From positions 18,228,001-18,292,000 of the forward strand of contig CAIIXF020000001.1 in NCBI GenBank assembly GCA_903813345.2: a DNA stretch of 64,000 nucleotides. Direction: 5' to 3'. Source of the DNA: Owenia fusiformis. Taxonomy: Eukaryota. Shown here in pieces: positions 44,001-58,330 of this stretch. The stretch's first letter is position 1. Each line of letters opens with the position of its first letter. A program made the position numbers and the translations under genes. A model generated the notes under the pieces. That model had not been told where the DNA came from. It searched no databases and worked only from the letters and a program-made list of their open reading frames with translations.

Positions 44001-47000
44001 AATAGAGACGGTGATATTGTGTCAGAATGTTCACAACGAGATATATTTTGCATATGTTTTAAGCGTGTTTATGTACTAGATGATTTATAGTGAACGACTG
44101 TGAAAAGAATTCTAAGCAGCATAGTACCAAAATGAACGACCCTTCACCTTGGAGTCTTCTATTACAGTTGTCATAGCAACGAATGAGACGAAGATATCTC
44201 TTATCCAGTCACTATTATATCGAGTCAGTTTGTTCATTATATGGGAACAACGAACGACATACCTGATAAACAGAATGATGAACACAATCTACAAACTAAA
44301 TGATACGTTCTGGTATCATTGGAATGTCTGTAGGGTTGAAAGCAAAACTAAATCATGTCTAATGCGTGTGTACTTGTAAACAGTTTGTGTGCATCAAGGG
44401 GTATAAAAAAACAGTTATAATTTATTTTTCTTTCCAATAGCCATGTCCCCTATACGACATGAATATAGACATTTTTAGTTCACGGTGTGCGTTTTTCTTA
44501 TGTTAACCTTAGCTAATGTGAATTATCGTTAATTCTGAAATAATATCATAAAACACACAGAAACATGAAACACTACCTGATACAAAGTGATCATGTTCCT
44601 GTCCGGGCCACTAGATTATATGACAAACTGCATACCTACAGAAAGGCATTTGTTGAATATCAAAACGAATGTTGCTAAGCAACCTTGAAGAGCCCATAGT
44701 TAAGATACAACTTGAACATGAAAGTAAAGAAAATTGTTAATTACTCTATCCGAGCTGGTTGCCTGGGCAATGTCTTTTTCCCGTACAATTGACACCATGA
44801 TGCCCATTAACAAAATATTGACGGACGTATCGAACTTAGAAACTTTCAAAATTAAGTTATCTTTGGCTGTTTGAGTGGTTGACTTTCTTGGAATAACAAC
44901 AGACTCCTTAGGCTGTCGTGATTCATAATTTTCTAGACTGGAGGCATGTCCTCACGAGCGTATGGTAAGCTTATGTGGTTTACTTATAAGATTCACAATC
45001 ATTCCATTGTTCCAAGGTGTATCCAAACCTTAACTTAAGTACAATGATCAGACTGGCTTCTGAACATTTTACAGTTCTAATTCTGACGTCATGCAACAAC
45101 ACATTCTCAAGTTGTCTCACTTTGTCCAATCCTAATGTAAAAGTAAATCAAATAATACAATTAATTCTGAATATTTCGCTCAATGAAGCTGGTACCTTTG
45201 TTGCTACAATACCTTAATTGGTACCATCACTGTAGTACCCCTGTGACAATTTACAAAAGGTCGACCCTGTAACAATATGGATCATGGTGGCCTAAAAAGA
45301 TTTTGCCAAGATATTTTTGATTTGGACAATTGAATCTGTTGAGGAATTTTGTATATCCTATTGAAAATACATAGATATGATAAATTCATATTTTATAAAG
45401 TTCAATGTATCACAACTGAATTTCTCATGTGTCAGTTTGTAATGCCTGATATGATACTTTCGTGTCGTCAATCGATGAATAATCAATGTTCATTTCTTGA
45501 TGTGTCATTTGAGGCAAAAAGTGTAACTTCATCTCAACAGTTCAAGTGATAATCATGGAGCATGCAAATCCTACCAAAATCTTCCAACGCAATCCATTCA
45601 TTCTATTCCGCTTGGCCCCATCGTGTACCAAAAACCGGGGAACAGTGATTGTTATCCTGGAAATGAGGTACATATGGTTGATGTTCTAAACAGTTAGCTT
45701 TAATTGTAGGTTTCAGGGTTGATATATGAGTTACCGGTATGTGTGTTTTTGTTTTTGCACTTGCACTTTTTAAAGACTATGTTATATACCATTTGCACGC
45801 AATGTTCTCCGATTCCAAGTAAAGTTTGTCTATTACCGCATACATTTTTGATTAAATAGATACACACCGTAGAATTTGTCAACTAAAAAAACTAACTGGA
45901 TAAAAATGGACTGAATACTGAAAGCTGTATACAATTTATTAAGACTAGATATTTTTTATACAATATTTATTGTTATATTTGGCACTAAGAAACATTTATT
46001 GTTTATCGAATGTCAAACTCACCTAAGATTGCCAATATTTGATGCATAATAACTGCCAGTGCTGGATATTCAAAAATAGCATCATCCTACGCAATTCGAT
46101 CACTCCCTGCCACCAGAGTTGACACAGCCCAACCATCACTGTAACACAGTAGAATAATACATTTTGAATTTAACAATAGTTTCCTATAGACCCATACATC
46201 ACAATCCAAATCATTCATGCAAGTGAAACAAATACATGAATAAACATTAACACCACAGAAAGGGGACGTATGTTTAAGAATACGTTGATGTGTTCATTCT
46301 TGATCTAAGCGCATTTTATCTTAATTACCGTATCATTCTTACATCGACCATTATTGCGATAGCTTTAATGCTGCAGAGTTAATCATTATATTCTCAAATG
46401 GAAAGAAAGGCATGAGTTATAGCCACATCACAAAGCGTGGTTTTTATGAACTTTCAAATACTACAATACTCTGAACTATTTTATCTTATGCTTTGTGTGA
46501 CACTAAATGAAAAAACAGGTCGATAAAACAATATTTCAAACAATACATCATCCCGTATCCATCTCGATATCATACCACTACCCGTAGATATATAATATAT
46601 AAACCTGCTTCCATCCCACATACAACAAATGTTCAGAGAAGTATTTTTGTACCATGATATAATGCAATTCTTGTATATCTAACATGCTACTTTTACATTA
46701 ATTATTGAACTAATGTTTTTTGAAGTACAGTGAAGAAGAACATCAATTTCATTTTCATTATGTTATTTTTGAAAGAACGAAATAGATTTAATTGATCTTC
46801 AATATTAAAATACTCCGATTTGAAAAAAACATCACAAACTTTCATGTATTTCCTATCAGAAGCTTCACTTGAAACACGTGACAATATGGCGTCAAAATAT
46901 TGACCTAGAAAAGTACCTAAATATGACCCTTTTCCAAGTTGAATACAGAATGTCAAAACAGCTGCAACAACTAACATAGTCTTTAACATAACTGACAAGA

Positions 47001-50000
47001 CATTTAACTCATAGGTCATTGTTCTTTCTTTTTCCTTCCAAATGAATATACAGTTGTTGTTGGCTTGTTCGATTGACTAAGATATGTAGATTGGTGTCAG
47101 ATATATATATTTAAAGTTGTATATGTATATTTTTAAATAAAACTTATGGAGTTTTTAACATTATGAGGACATTGACTAAATAGTTCGATCTCCTTTTTGT
47201 ATTTTTACTTGGAGGGGTATGGGTCCCTGTTTCTTTTTTTCTTAGAATGTCCAGGATATCATTATGATATGTAACCACCAACTAACTTGCGATAACCCAT
47301 CGTCATTTGGGGCTACGTGCGCAAATATTTTTCTTTGAAAAATTGAAACAAACCGAAAACAGGTGGAATTGTTTATGGGAATTTTACGACATATCATTTA
47401 TCTTCTTGAAATTCCTTTTTGAGGCACTTATTTTAATTAGAGTTCCAGACAGGTAAAACTTTGACCAACCACTCCAATGAAGTCAGACGATCGTGGATAG
47501 TAATCAAAGAAACGAATATTATACGAATGGATTGAAATCATTTCTGTGATTGAGATTAGATTCTGAAAAATGTAGACTTTAAAACGATATATTGTGAAAT
47601 AGTAGTTTAAGCTTAATTGAAATATTGGAGCCTGGAGCTGACTGAAATATAGTGATCAGTTTTAATGGCTTTTGTAAAATCACTTGCTTTAACAACAGAG
47701 GATCACCAACCAGTTTCTGATCAATGTCATTGTTCGTCGTAATTCAGTTTCGCTCTCCGGCAGACCTGGAGAAAACCTTTAATTTTAGAAACAACTTAGT
47801 CAGAGACAGAGAGGCTGCTATGTTTTAATCAATTGTATGAAGCTTCCCCACGTAATGAGAATTTATGGGTATGTGACATAGCTTAACTTAAGTGGAAAGA
47901 AGGTACTTAGAACATAAGCCCAGTGGAATGTCGGCATAATTACACTAAATTAATTGAATCCTGAAAAAAGCCATATGCGTCAGTCTCCTAGAACGAACTT
48001 TTGTAGATTCTCAACTTTTGTTTCTTTTCTCGTGGAATTCTCATTTTGATTCATCAAGAAATGTACTAGTATACAGGTATAATAGTATGTGGAATTCCTT
48101 CTTTTAATTTTAGTAAGGGGACCAACTTGAAGCTTGAAATCTAATATTCACAAAGCGTTTAATTGCTTACCAATTTGATTCCCATTAGCTTCGCCCAGTA
48201 ATCTTTGAAAGTGTATACTATTCATGTGCTCTGTAATTTCACGGCGATATGTCGCCTTGAAAGAACTAATGATCTTCCGTATGATCTGGTAGAATAACTA
48301 ACCAAAGATTGTTTCGTTCATCTAAACAGAGGACTTGACTTTTTGAAATTCTGCATCTTATGCCAGCATTGTATCGCATTTGTCTGCGTGTCTTATGACC
48401 ATTTCTTTTAGAAAACAAATATACGACGCCAATGATCTTTTGTAAACAGGTTCATCTGTCAATTACAAAATTGCAATCAAAATCTAGTGATAGTTTTACA
48501 TTATAGTTTACAATCATTGTATTTCTTTGGAAATAGATAGCCAAGCCAAAACCGTAGTTTACATTAAAAATATCAACGTTTTGCCTCGTATAAAGTACTT
48601 TGTAAAAAACTACTGACCGCTGGCTGGTTTTCTTCTAATATCACCACTAAATCATCGCTTTTGGAGAAAGTTGGTCTACGGAGGGCCATCATGTGATGTC
48701 CTTTATAAATATCCTCGATAATGAATCTGCTAACATTGCTTTTATGGCCCCGTTGAGTGTACTTAACTACATACCAATTAAGAACACGAAAATATTAATC
48801 GCGCGTCCAGAAAAGTCCCAATTAAAGCTGCCCATGGCCTTTTATCATGTTGAAGAAGAGGAATGCCCTGTCGATTTCTAGTACCATGTTTTACTTTTAT
48901 AGGGGTCCATTGGATTGTCCCATGTTTGATTTCCATATGGGAGCTCTCTGCAAGATTGCCCCCTTTGATACCACCTGGGGCAGTCAAAGGCCACCATAGA
49001 GAGGTACAAAGCATACGAAGAGCTCTATTAATCGAACAGACAAACAAAGTTGACAGGAAAATAGCAATTTATTTCAAAAACTAAAACTAACTTTTTGGAA
49101 TTGTCTCCCAAGGATTAATGGGGGTATGGATGGCGGGGGAGGGTGGGATTTTCTTGGGTGGTAAAAGGAAGGTCAAATTATCTTAGTCTCGCTGACAAAT
49201 TCCCTTGTCTGTGTCATCCTATTTTTCAAATTCAATCATTTCGCGTTATTTATATTTGGTTGATTTGCACAGGGGGAGCAGTAAATACTATCCAATTTAT
49301 CACATCCGTGATCACGCTCATTTGTAGAAGTCAATAAGATAGACAGAAAAGAAAAATCTGCTTTTTCCATCCCAAGTCGAAACCAGATGCACATGTGCAC
49401 ATATTCTGAGGCTGTGAATGATGGATTTGGAACAGCCAAAACAAAATTGCACCGCAAGTCATGATCAATGTTAATCTGCTACATTTTCTAATATTAGTAA
49501 AATGATTCAAAAGTTAAGATACTCTCAGACAAAATGGACGTGCGTATTTAGGAAGTTCAACATATCAATGAATGAGTAGTGAAATAGACATATATGAGTG
49601 CGAACGATTAGACGAATAATGGATACAAAACGTGATAAAAGAGTCAAAAGAGGTTAGGAACAGCTCAACATCATCTATTGTGCAGATTTGTGTCATTAAG
49701 AATGTAAGTCATTAGGTTGTTCCGAAGCTCAGATTTTCGAGGATAAAAGATTGACTGATTTTTGTCAGTATGATTTAGTATGCAAATTGTATGCATGAAA
49801 TCAAATACCAGCCATCTTGGAGGTTTATTAGTTGAGAGACTAAGTAGTAATTTATATACCATTAATCACAGATTCCATTTAACGCAATATGATGTTATAC
49901 AATTACTTTTGTGAGAAAGGCAATATGCTAAACCCCGGGTGTTGTGCGTGTCTACGTCTCTAATTTCCTTGTATCGATAATTTGGCTCACAAGATAATTA

Positions 50001-53000
50001 CAATGGGGTAAGGCGAAAGAAAAAGATTTGGTCAAGCGTGCTTTAGGGGAATTCTACAAATCCGGGCATAAATCAACTTGTTAAGCCACTAGTGGTGACG
50101 ATATATTCCATTTTAACGTTCTTTGAAGTTCTAATCTGACTTGAAATTGCTTTTTACGATACCATCTCCACTTTAGTATAATCGCCACCATTTATTACCA
50201 CCGTGAGAGGAAGAAAGCTTAGCCCACAAAGATCTTCTAGAATGGCGGAAGCTTTCCAAAGAACTTGACTTTTTCGATCCATCGTAATGACAAATAGACC
50301 ACGTTCAACGATCTCTTTCATGCAAAATTACTTAATGGTCAAAGTGAAGTGTTAGCTATTATAACCATTCTATCAAACAATAAATACAAATGAACTTTTC
50401 TAGTATCGAATCTAGAGGAAAACATTTTTTAACTTCGACGATAATAACTTTACACTAATGGGTGATAAATTTTAAGGATCCCTTTTATTTATTTTACAAC
50501 AACTTTTTCATTGTCAGAGTTATGAAAAATCCATTAGACCTTACGGGATAGTGTCATAGATTAAAACTGTTATAAATTATTAATAAACAGTCGTAAATCA
50601 TATTTCACCAATATGGTATTGAATTGCATAATAATTACGATCAGAGCGATGATGAATTGCAAAACAATGAGGTGACAGGGTATCCGCAAAGGACAACTTA
50701 GTTCCATTTTAAATTTATAGAGGGCATTAGAATAGCAATCGTTTCCGCTGTAATTCTTCCATGCCATTGCTATGGGAACGACAGCAGACGAAACACAGAG
50801 CTCTATTATGCAATAAACTATCTCTCTCGTAAATTATATTTGATAAACTGAATGACAACCTTAACGAGAAAGCAGTCTCCAAAAGCGTATATCCAAACGC
50901 AGAACATTTGTCATTCGAGTGATTAGATCCACTAATCGGGGACTTGTGAAACCATTTTCAATTTGAGCAACCATTCTGTCTCATTTCATGACTCTGTAGA
51001 AAATTATGGTATAAAATGATTCATAACTGGTAAATAACTACTGCGGAAATGAAAGATTTATCAAAAAAGCCATATTCTACATTTTGTTTTTGTGCTTCAT
51101 ACACATAAAGGTTGAGTGTGAATGGCCAAAGTTCTCCCATTTCATCTGTACTCCGTGTTGTGTGTGGGGGGGCCAATGGATTCATACACTCGTCATTGAG
51201 AGCACCAAGTCAAGCAAATTACCACAATTATTCTTGTGGATATATTATGATTAATTATTATATATATTAGTAATTATAATAGCAATCCGTACCATAAACT
51301 ACCCAGTACTTTTGTGGACTTTGAATAGTGAAATGGTGTCGAATCATCCGCCACAGCGATAAGCAATTTAATGCTCGATGATCACCAAACTCCCGTATGT
51401 TGTCACTGTTGTGTATATTTTAATAATCTCAACGGGGATTTCTGAATGTCAACGTTATTCTGTTTCAAATAAAGATAATCATAAAAGTCAAAACATTTTA
51501 GAAGTGGTAATAAACTCCTTTACTCTGCTTAAAATACAAATCGATTACTAATATACTACATGTATTCACGTAATTTTCCAATTGTTAAATGGAATTTTAT
51601 ACCAAAAGTAGCTGATTACCTTAATTCTTGTAAACAATATCGGTAACCGGGAACTTTAGATCCATATTTTATCATTGTATAACTATTGTCAAAGTACTTC
51701 TGTATCTCTGCGCCATGCGTGTATGTTTGCTATGTTATAAATAGGGAATTTACTCATTTATCTTACAAAAGACATGATGGTATGAATTTATGAAGTTGTG
51801 TTTACAGAATATAATTCAAAGCTTTCATTTTATTATTGCATTTTATAACAAATAACAATTAAGTTGAAAAAGTGCATTACATTCTAAACATTGAACGCAT
51901 TATAGTATAGACATTTGTGAAAAATAAGATAATAAAGTAAGCGGTTAACTGGAACCTATTCTATTGTTAGTTTGCAGTTTGCATGGTATTGTCACAATAA
52001 TGGTTGGCTCAAATGTACGTGATACGCATGCAAAACTAAAAGGAACAGATAGAGACAATACTGCAAATGGAGGACGCTTGGATTAGAAAATATAACTCTT
52101 CGGATTTGGATAAAATCCTTTTACATAGAAATAGAGAGTGAGATTTTAAGATTTATTTCAATTATAAAGTTTATTAATGTCTAAGTTTTATAAGCCCATT
52201 TCACTATCATTCCATATTTATTAGTGATATGGTAGTTTGATAGACATAAACAAAAACTAGTCTTTTAAGACACAGTTTATTGACAATGAAGATGTCATCC
52301 TCTACTAACTTTGAAGAAGCTGAGATTTCGTGTTACTTTATTGCAAAGAAACTGACAAAACGTATAGTTTCGGCATAATACTGTTGTCTTTTGAGCTATG
52401 AAAAGTGCAAAAAACTTTGGTTTTTTTGGGGGGGGTGGGCTTTAATAGGGTCATCTATAAATAATTTGAAGTTTAATATTGTTTTTTTTCAACATGGTAT
52501 CATTCAGATACTATTTGTATCTTTCTGTTTTACTTAAACATCTCATGCATGGCTGAGGAGAAATGACTTATCATGAAGACTTGGTTTATATACAAATACA
52601 AGTATAGTATACGACACGCCCTATATATTTCAAATTATGCCATTTGAGCGTTATTAAGAACAAACCCATGAATAAGCTGATGTATCTATTATATTATTAC
52701 TAACCATCAATCACTATTAATAACCTGATAACGGAGTATTATACGGTCCCACATATGGGAAACCTTTGTTATTACAATACTGGTTTTGACTTTGAGTCAA
52801 GTTCGGTCTAAAAACGTTACTTTGTGAGGAGAGAAACTCAAAGTTCTTACGTTCAACCTATGCATTCCTTATTCAATAATTACTAAATCTTGAGCTCATT
52901 CCAAACAGGTCGTTGGCTCGTTGGATAATGTTTGTGCAACATTTGCGTAAATTGATTTTGCTACAAAATGTTCATGTAAGCCTTTGTTTAGGGTGTTTCG

Positions 53001-53795
53001 TTTTACGGTGTAGTGTTGGGATCCAAAGGGCGTCTCGTCCCCAAGGAAAACCGTCTCTGCATCAGGTGCTGATGCAGTACGGTCATTAGCAGGAGACGAA
53101 TCGGTTGACCAATCATTACTCAGAAGTTAACTCTTAATGACTTAATTAAAACGCATAATTCTCAACTAATAGTGGTCCCTCTTATAGAACACTAATGAAT
53201 TTAAAGGAGAAGTTTTAGTGAAGCAGAACACACGGCGATGCAAGTATAAGTTAGTACTTTTGTCCATTTACAAGTTTGATGAGCCAATCATTTTGCAATC
53301 AAAGGTAGGTCGAAACTAGGCACGGCACTTGCATCCATGGTTGACTTGTTTCATTTGAATATCGCATCATCGGTTATTGTTTTATATGTATGCATGTTTT
53401 AGATAGATGGATTAATGGATGGCATACTAAAACTAGATTTCATTTTTCTTTCTTTTATATATAACGCAGTAGAACTGTAGATGGTTGATATGTAAATGGA
53501 CATTTGGCAATTACAAGAGTGGAGATAGCATTTGTTTTATCAACAATCATCACATGGTCCTGAAGCAAGCAAAAACTGTTTGTTATTGTTGGCAGGGAAC
53601 ATCAAATCTCTATTAATTTCACGCTTTTTAGGGAAACAGCACACGAAGAGGCAAAGATTAATGAGGTTGGCTTAAATTCAATGACTTCATAGATTACAAT
53701 GTTCTACAATAAAGTTGAATCATGTTCATACATCTGGGGAGTAATTTACCGCCAATTGGTCGGTTGCTCGAACTTTACCCTCATTGTGGAGAATT

Positions 53796-53842
53796 ATTGG
53801 CTGTTGAAGATCACGTGGTGTTAATCAACTTTCCTTATATGG
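53796..53842 (+). promoter_or_regulatory. Scr proximal promoter module: inverted CCAAT box + E-box, followed by a CArG-like box
   Basis: ATTGG (53796-53800), 11 nt, then CACGTG (53812-53817). CCTTATATGG (53833-53842) fits CC(A/T)6GG. The module is ~120-160 bp upstream of the ATG. Confidence 0.6.
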
Positions 53843-53959
53843 TTTAATGTTTTGTTTAGGTTGTGAGCTCGTGGCGCTGATTACCGGCTGCTGATCCAGC
53901 GAATTATTAAAAAGACGATATTAGAAAATCCCGTCACAGTCAGATAATCAATTAGGACA

Positions 53960-54557
53960 ATGAGTTTATACTCCCTCAAATCCCCGGCTGCCTATAACTC
54001 GTTTATGAGCGATAGTGGTGGCGGCGGACACAGAGAATTCACACATTCTGAGAATCCATACCGCGCTTATACGAGCGGTTATCCGTACACATCTCATACA
54101 GCAGCGCCGTCAGGTTCAACGCATCAGAACGGTACACCAACCGATTATAGCAGCTTCTCGAATCCAGCTACTCAGCGTCTCATACACCCATCGTATAACA
54201 GAGAGGACAGTCCCACACCAGTTAACAACAACAAGCCCATGCCGGCCGCAACCACGTCCGTGATTACCTCAACCAGTCCACAGGATTACTCCATCAAAAG
54301 TAGAACAACCACGGAATTCGCCACAACAAAGTCAAGTAGCCAGATTACAGACAGAGACAGTGCGGTCGACTCGCCCTCTCCAACTCCTGGAAGTGTAGGC
54401 TCGCCCGTGAGTCCCGGTCAACCAAACAAGGATAATGACAAATACGTTAAAGAGGAAGAAGACGGGAGTGATCGGGAGGACAGGGATGGAGAAGGGGGTG
54501 CCGATAACCCAAACATACAGATATACCCCTGGATGAGAAGGGTTCATCTCGGACATG
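53960..54557 (+). CDS. Scr: Scr/Hox5 homeobox gene, coding exon 1
   Basis: A GC-richer ORF ends in IQIYPWMRRVHLGH, a Scr/Hox5-type hexapeptide context. It is directly followed by a consensus phase-1 donor ATG|GTAAGT at 54557/54558. Confidence 0.95.
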
Positions 54558-56851
54558 GTAAGTTACAAACTTGTACATATTTCATAAATTATCTGTATAT
54601 TTCATGATGGTATTAACTGCATTTTACTGACAGTGTAGATAATGCTGCTCGTATTACGCTCATATGTCACATTGCTTTAATTAATGACATCACTTTCATA
54701 TTTTGTTGATTTATGGTATAAACATTTGTTAGCCCATATGTGAAACAACTCCAGTATTCATTGAAAAGAAAAATCACCATCCTATATATATTTGCATTTA
54801 TACTATTTATCTAAATTGTATCGTATTTAAAATGATTTATATATTTTACTTTAGCGATGTGAGTAGTTAGAGAATCTATCATTTATCTAACTTTAGAGAT
54901 GATGATTATCATTTAGGAACGTCAATAAGGCTTCAAACCCTCGGGAGAAGTATTCAATTAAAATGATCTACGTTATTAGGTGTTAGTTTAGGTGTAACTT
55001 TTCTAAGATTGCATATTTTGTTGACCTGCATGATGTATTTTGGACCCCTGGTATTCGGGCCAACTCCATGTTTACATTAGCACGGGGATATCATTATAAC
55101 TGATAGAATATGACTAATGTCTTCCCCTCAGGGTTCCTCTTTATTTAGCAACCTTTGACCCCGCCGTTCACTTTTGATTTGTATCATACACTATTTACTG
55201 GGTCATACGACAAATTCTGAAATTGGTATGTACTTGTCCATTTTTATTGTAGAATCAAAAAGACTTTGTCGTTATAATGATGAGACCAAGCACACCTATG
55301 TAAAGTTAATGTACATTTATTTATAGTATGTTTGACAGGACATCATTGTGAACTTCATTCAGAATGGTAAACAGGAATCACTTGGCCAGTACAGGGCACA
55401 CGCTATGATAGCACTAACAAAATATTAATGATATCAACACAGCTGTATTAAAACACATCGAATCAGACCAATATGATAATGGTTGGTAAAACAAGCACCA
55501 AAGCATTCATTCAATATATCTTAAGTGTAACAACACCTTCACCCATCTAGGTATTATGAAGTTGTACGTGTACAGAACATTGTCACCTGGTAACCACTCT
55601 CTGGTAGATCATCCATTCATAATGTTACAATAATCCATGCTTTCTTAGTTGTTGACATTTATAAGAAAAGCTCATTTGATGAAATATAATTATATTTAAT
55701 GCTGAAAAAACCTTGAAATGATAAATTACCTTATCGAGACGAGCAGAATTAAGCGAATTATTATGAAATACAAAATTGAAAAATAAAAAATCCCATAAAT
55801 AGATAGGTCAAGGTCAAACAACTAAAAGATGTTTTAATTTATCATAATGAAGGCTTATTGGTAGTCTGATGAATGCTGCAGTTTGAACACTCATTCCTTC
55901 ATCTGAGAATCTGCATCTGTATCCCACACAGACTTTACTGATTAAAATCTCACCAATTGGGGTGATGGCCCATCATTTTTCACAATTAAACCATTTGATA
56001 AAGAGTCTATTTATCAATGTGATTCAATCATCGGCTGACTGTCATACAGATATGCGTCTACCCATACTTCTCAAAACGCCCTGTCACCATGGGCCAATTT
56101 TTCAATCAGGAAACACATGATGCGAGTCATGTCATGTTGTCAAAATTTGTATTCTCATGGTATAATCTTGTTAATGATTTTATTATTTATCTATATATAC
56201 CGGTATTTACATATAATCACATTATATATTACGTTTAATTGTTTTTGTTTTATATCAAACGGTGACCCCTCATGAAACATTTCTTTTAGATCTTATATTA
56301 ATTCCATCTGGGAAAATGCCTCTGTGAACTTCATTTGACTTTACTGTTCCATATTGTTTGTTGGTGTTTGTACACTACATGTTAGTATTGTTTAATTATG
56401 GCGACAGCATTATACCATCATCACATCATGTATTATTCATTAAGTCTTTTTACTCTAACATAACATCCGATTCAATCCGATCGACTGTTCACCTGTCAGT
56501 TGAAACTGTGCATGAGTTTTGTTTTTCTGTAATATTACGATGTAGTCGTGTACAGAAAATATAAGGAAACTAAAATGCATAAAACCTTATTCAAATTAAA
56601 ATTCCGAAACATATATATGCCTGTAGTCACATGCTCTACCAAGTCAAACAAAGTTTGAAAGAGTTTGAATATCATGTCAGACCCACAGTTCTTTTCATTT
56701 GCATCATTCCATACTAAAATCATAGATGCTGCATGAGATTCTTATGATCTGGAAACTGTTTTCAAGATGCTATTAGCACCAAAAGTCAACCTAAATCCCG
56801 TCCATCTCCCCTTCATTCCCCACCCCATTAGTTTTGAAGGTACGCGTACTA

Positions 56852-57637
56852 TACAGGGTGGTCAAACATTTGAACACTACTAAATGTATGTAGGAAACCA
56901 TTTCACATTTTGCAACAAATTGTTACTGAGAACCGTTTCAAAATAATTCATTCAATTTTTGTGTCCCTCAATTTATCTATTGATATTGGCCAAACGTCCA
57001 ATAATGTTTGCCTTGGAAGATCAAATCTGGTGACATGATCACCATTTTGTATTCAATTTATTGGTATCATATTTTGATGATTATTGTTGGTTATATTACT
57101 GATGTAATATTCTTCTCCAAAAGGAGGGCAATCTGTTTCAACTGATATATGAAGCCCTTCCTCTATAATGTTGCAAGTTACCAGTTTTCTTTTTAAATAT
57201 CTTAACAGTTAAACGAGTCTGTTTTCCGATTCACCAGTATTATTATTGTCATTTTAGTTTAGAATTGGTCTTTGAAGCTTTGTAAATAACTTAAATGTCA
57301 GTTTTGCCTTCTAGAAAAGTTGAGTAGCTGTACAGATGTTGCAGTATACCCACCTCTGACATGTTCTTTCCTCTCTGTTCTTAAATGCATCTAATCATTC
57401 GATCTTATTTTAATTTATAAAATATGTATATTGAAAGAAAGAATTTTGGAAAAACATCGGCAAATTTGACAAATGTATATTTAAGAAAACGAGGTCCTAT
57501 CAAACATTGGGCATCTACATATTAACTTTATGAATTGGACCTGCAAACTTTACAGCCAGCAGGTATTCACTTTGCATAGAAAAATGAATAAATGTTCACA
57601 ATTAACAAAGGTTCTGATATTTTTGGACCACTCTGTA
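56852..57637. mobile_element. Possible highly decayed Tc1/mariner-type element in the Scr intron
   Basis: TACAGGGTGGTCAAA (56852) has inverted counterparts TTTTGGACCACTCTGTA (57621-57637) and TTTTGGATCACCCTGTA (~57823-57839). These are TA-flanked CAGGGTG termini. No intact ORF. Confidence 0.4.
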
Positions 57638-58186
57638 GTATTTAACAGGAATGGGAGCAATAGCAACTCATACATTACACGTTTACAGTAAAACGCTTGG
57701 TGATTTTGTGACAGAATACTTCACGACATTTTCCATTCTGATGGCACCAAACACATTCGAATTTATATTTACAAATCAAAAATCTATATTACAGAAATTA
57801 ATTGAGATTATTTATCGCCCGCTTTTGGATCACCCTGTATTATCAAACTGATTGAAGCCTATGTCTGACTTTATGCACGTCTATTACTCTTACTTCTTTT
57901 CAAGTTTATCCAAATCTAAAAATAATTTATCGATTGATAATGAGAAATTCCAACAAATAGACATGTATTGAATTGATGCTTAGTGTGAACCAAACATAAC
58001 TATTGAATTCACTTCACAACAATCCTGATATTTAGTCTTGCTTCAATACCCTGGGCCCCCTGTATTATTTTCATGTAATGTGTTGGAGAAGTAGATAAGG
58101 GGGTCCACAGTCTTGGGGCAACACTACCTGATAATGAACCCTGTGTATTGTACAACATGTAAAGGGGATACCTCTCCAAAGTCTAG

Positions 58187-58330
58187 ATCCTGAAGATATT
58201 GGTATTCATTTCTTTTGATCTTCAAAATACTGGTAGTTATTTCTTTTGAACTTAAAAATACCTGTAGTCATTTCTTTTGCTTTTCAAAATACTGATAGTC
58301 ATTTATGTTGATCTTCAAAATACTGCTAGT
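58187..58330. repeat. Degenerate 31 bp minisatellite, ~4.5 copies
   Basis: A unit resembling ATCTTCAAAATACTGGTAGTYATTTCTTTTG is repeated in tandem. Confidence 0.75.

Noticed and set aside
55805-55816. AGGTCAAGGTCA (DR0 nuclear-receptor-like site) in the Scr intron
   Set aside because: It is an isolated 12-mer, and AAGGTCA motifs are common in the repeat families of this window. I found no convincing DR2/DR5 retinoic-acid element.
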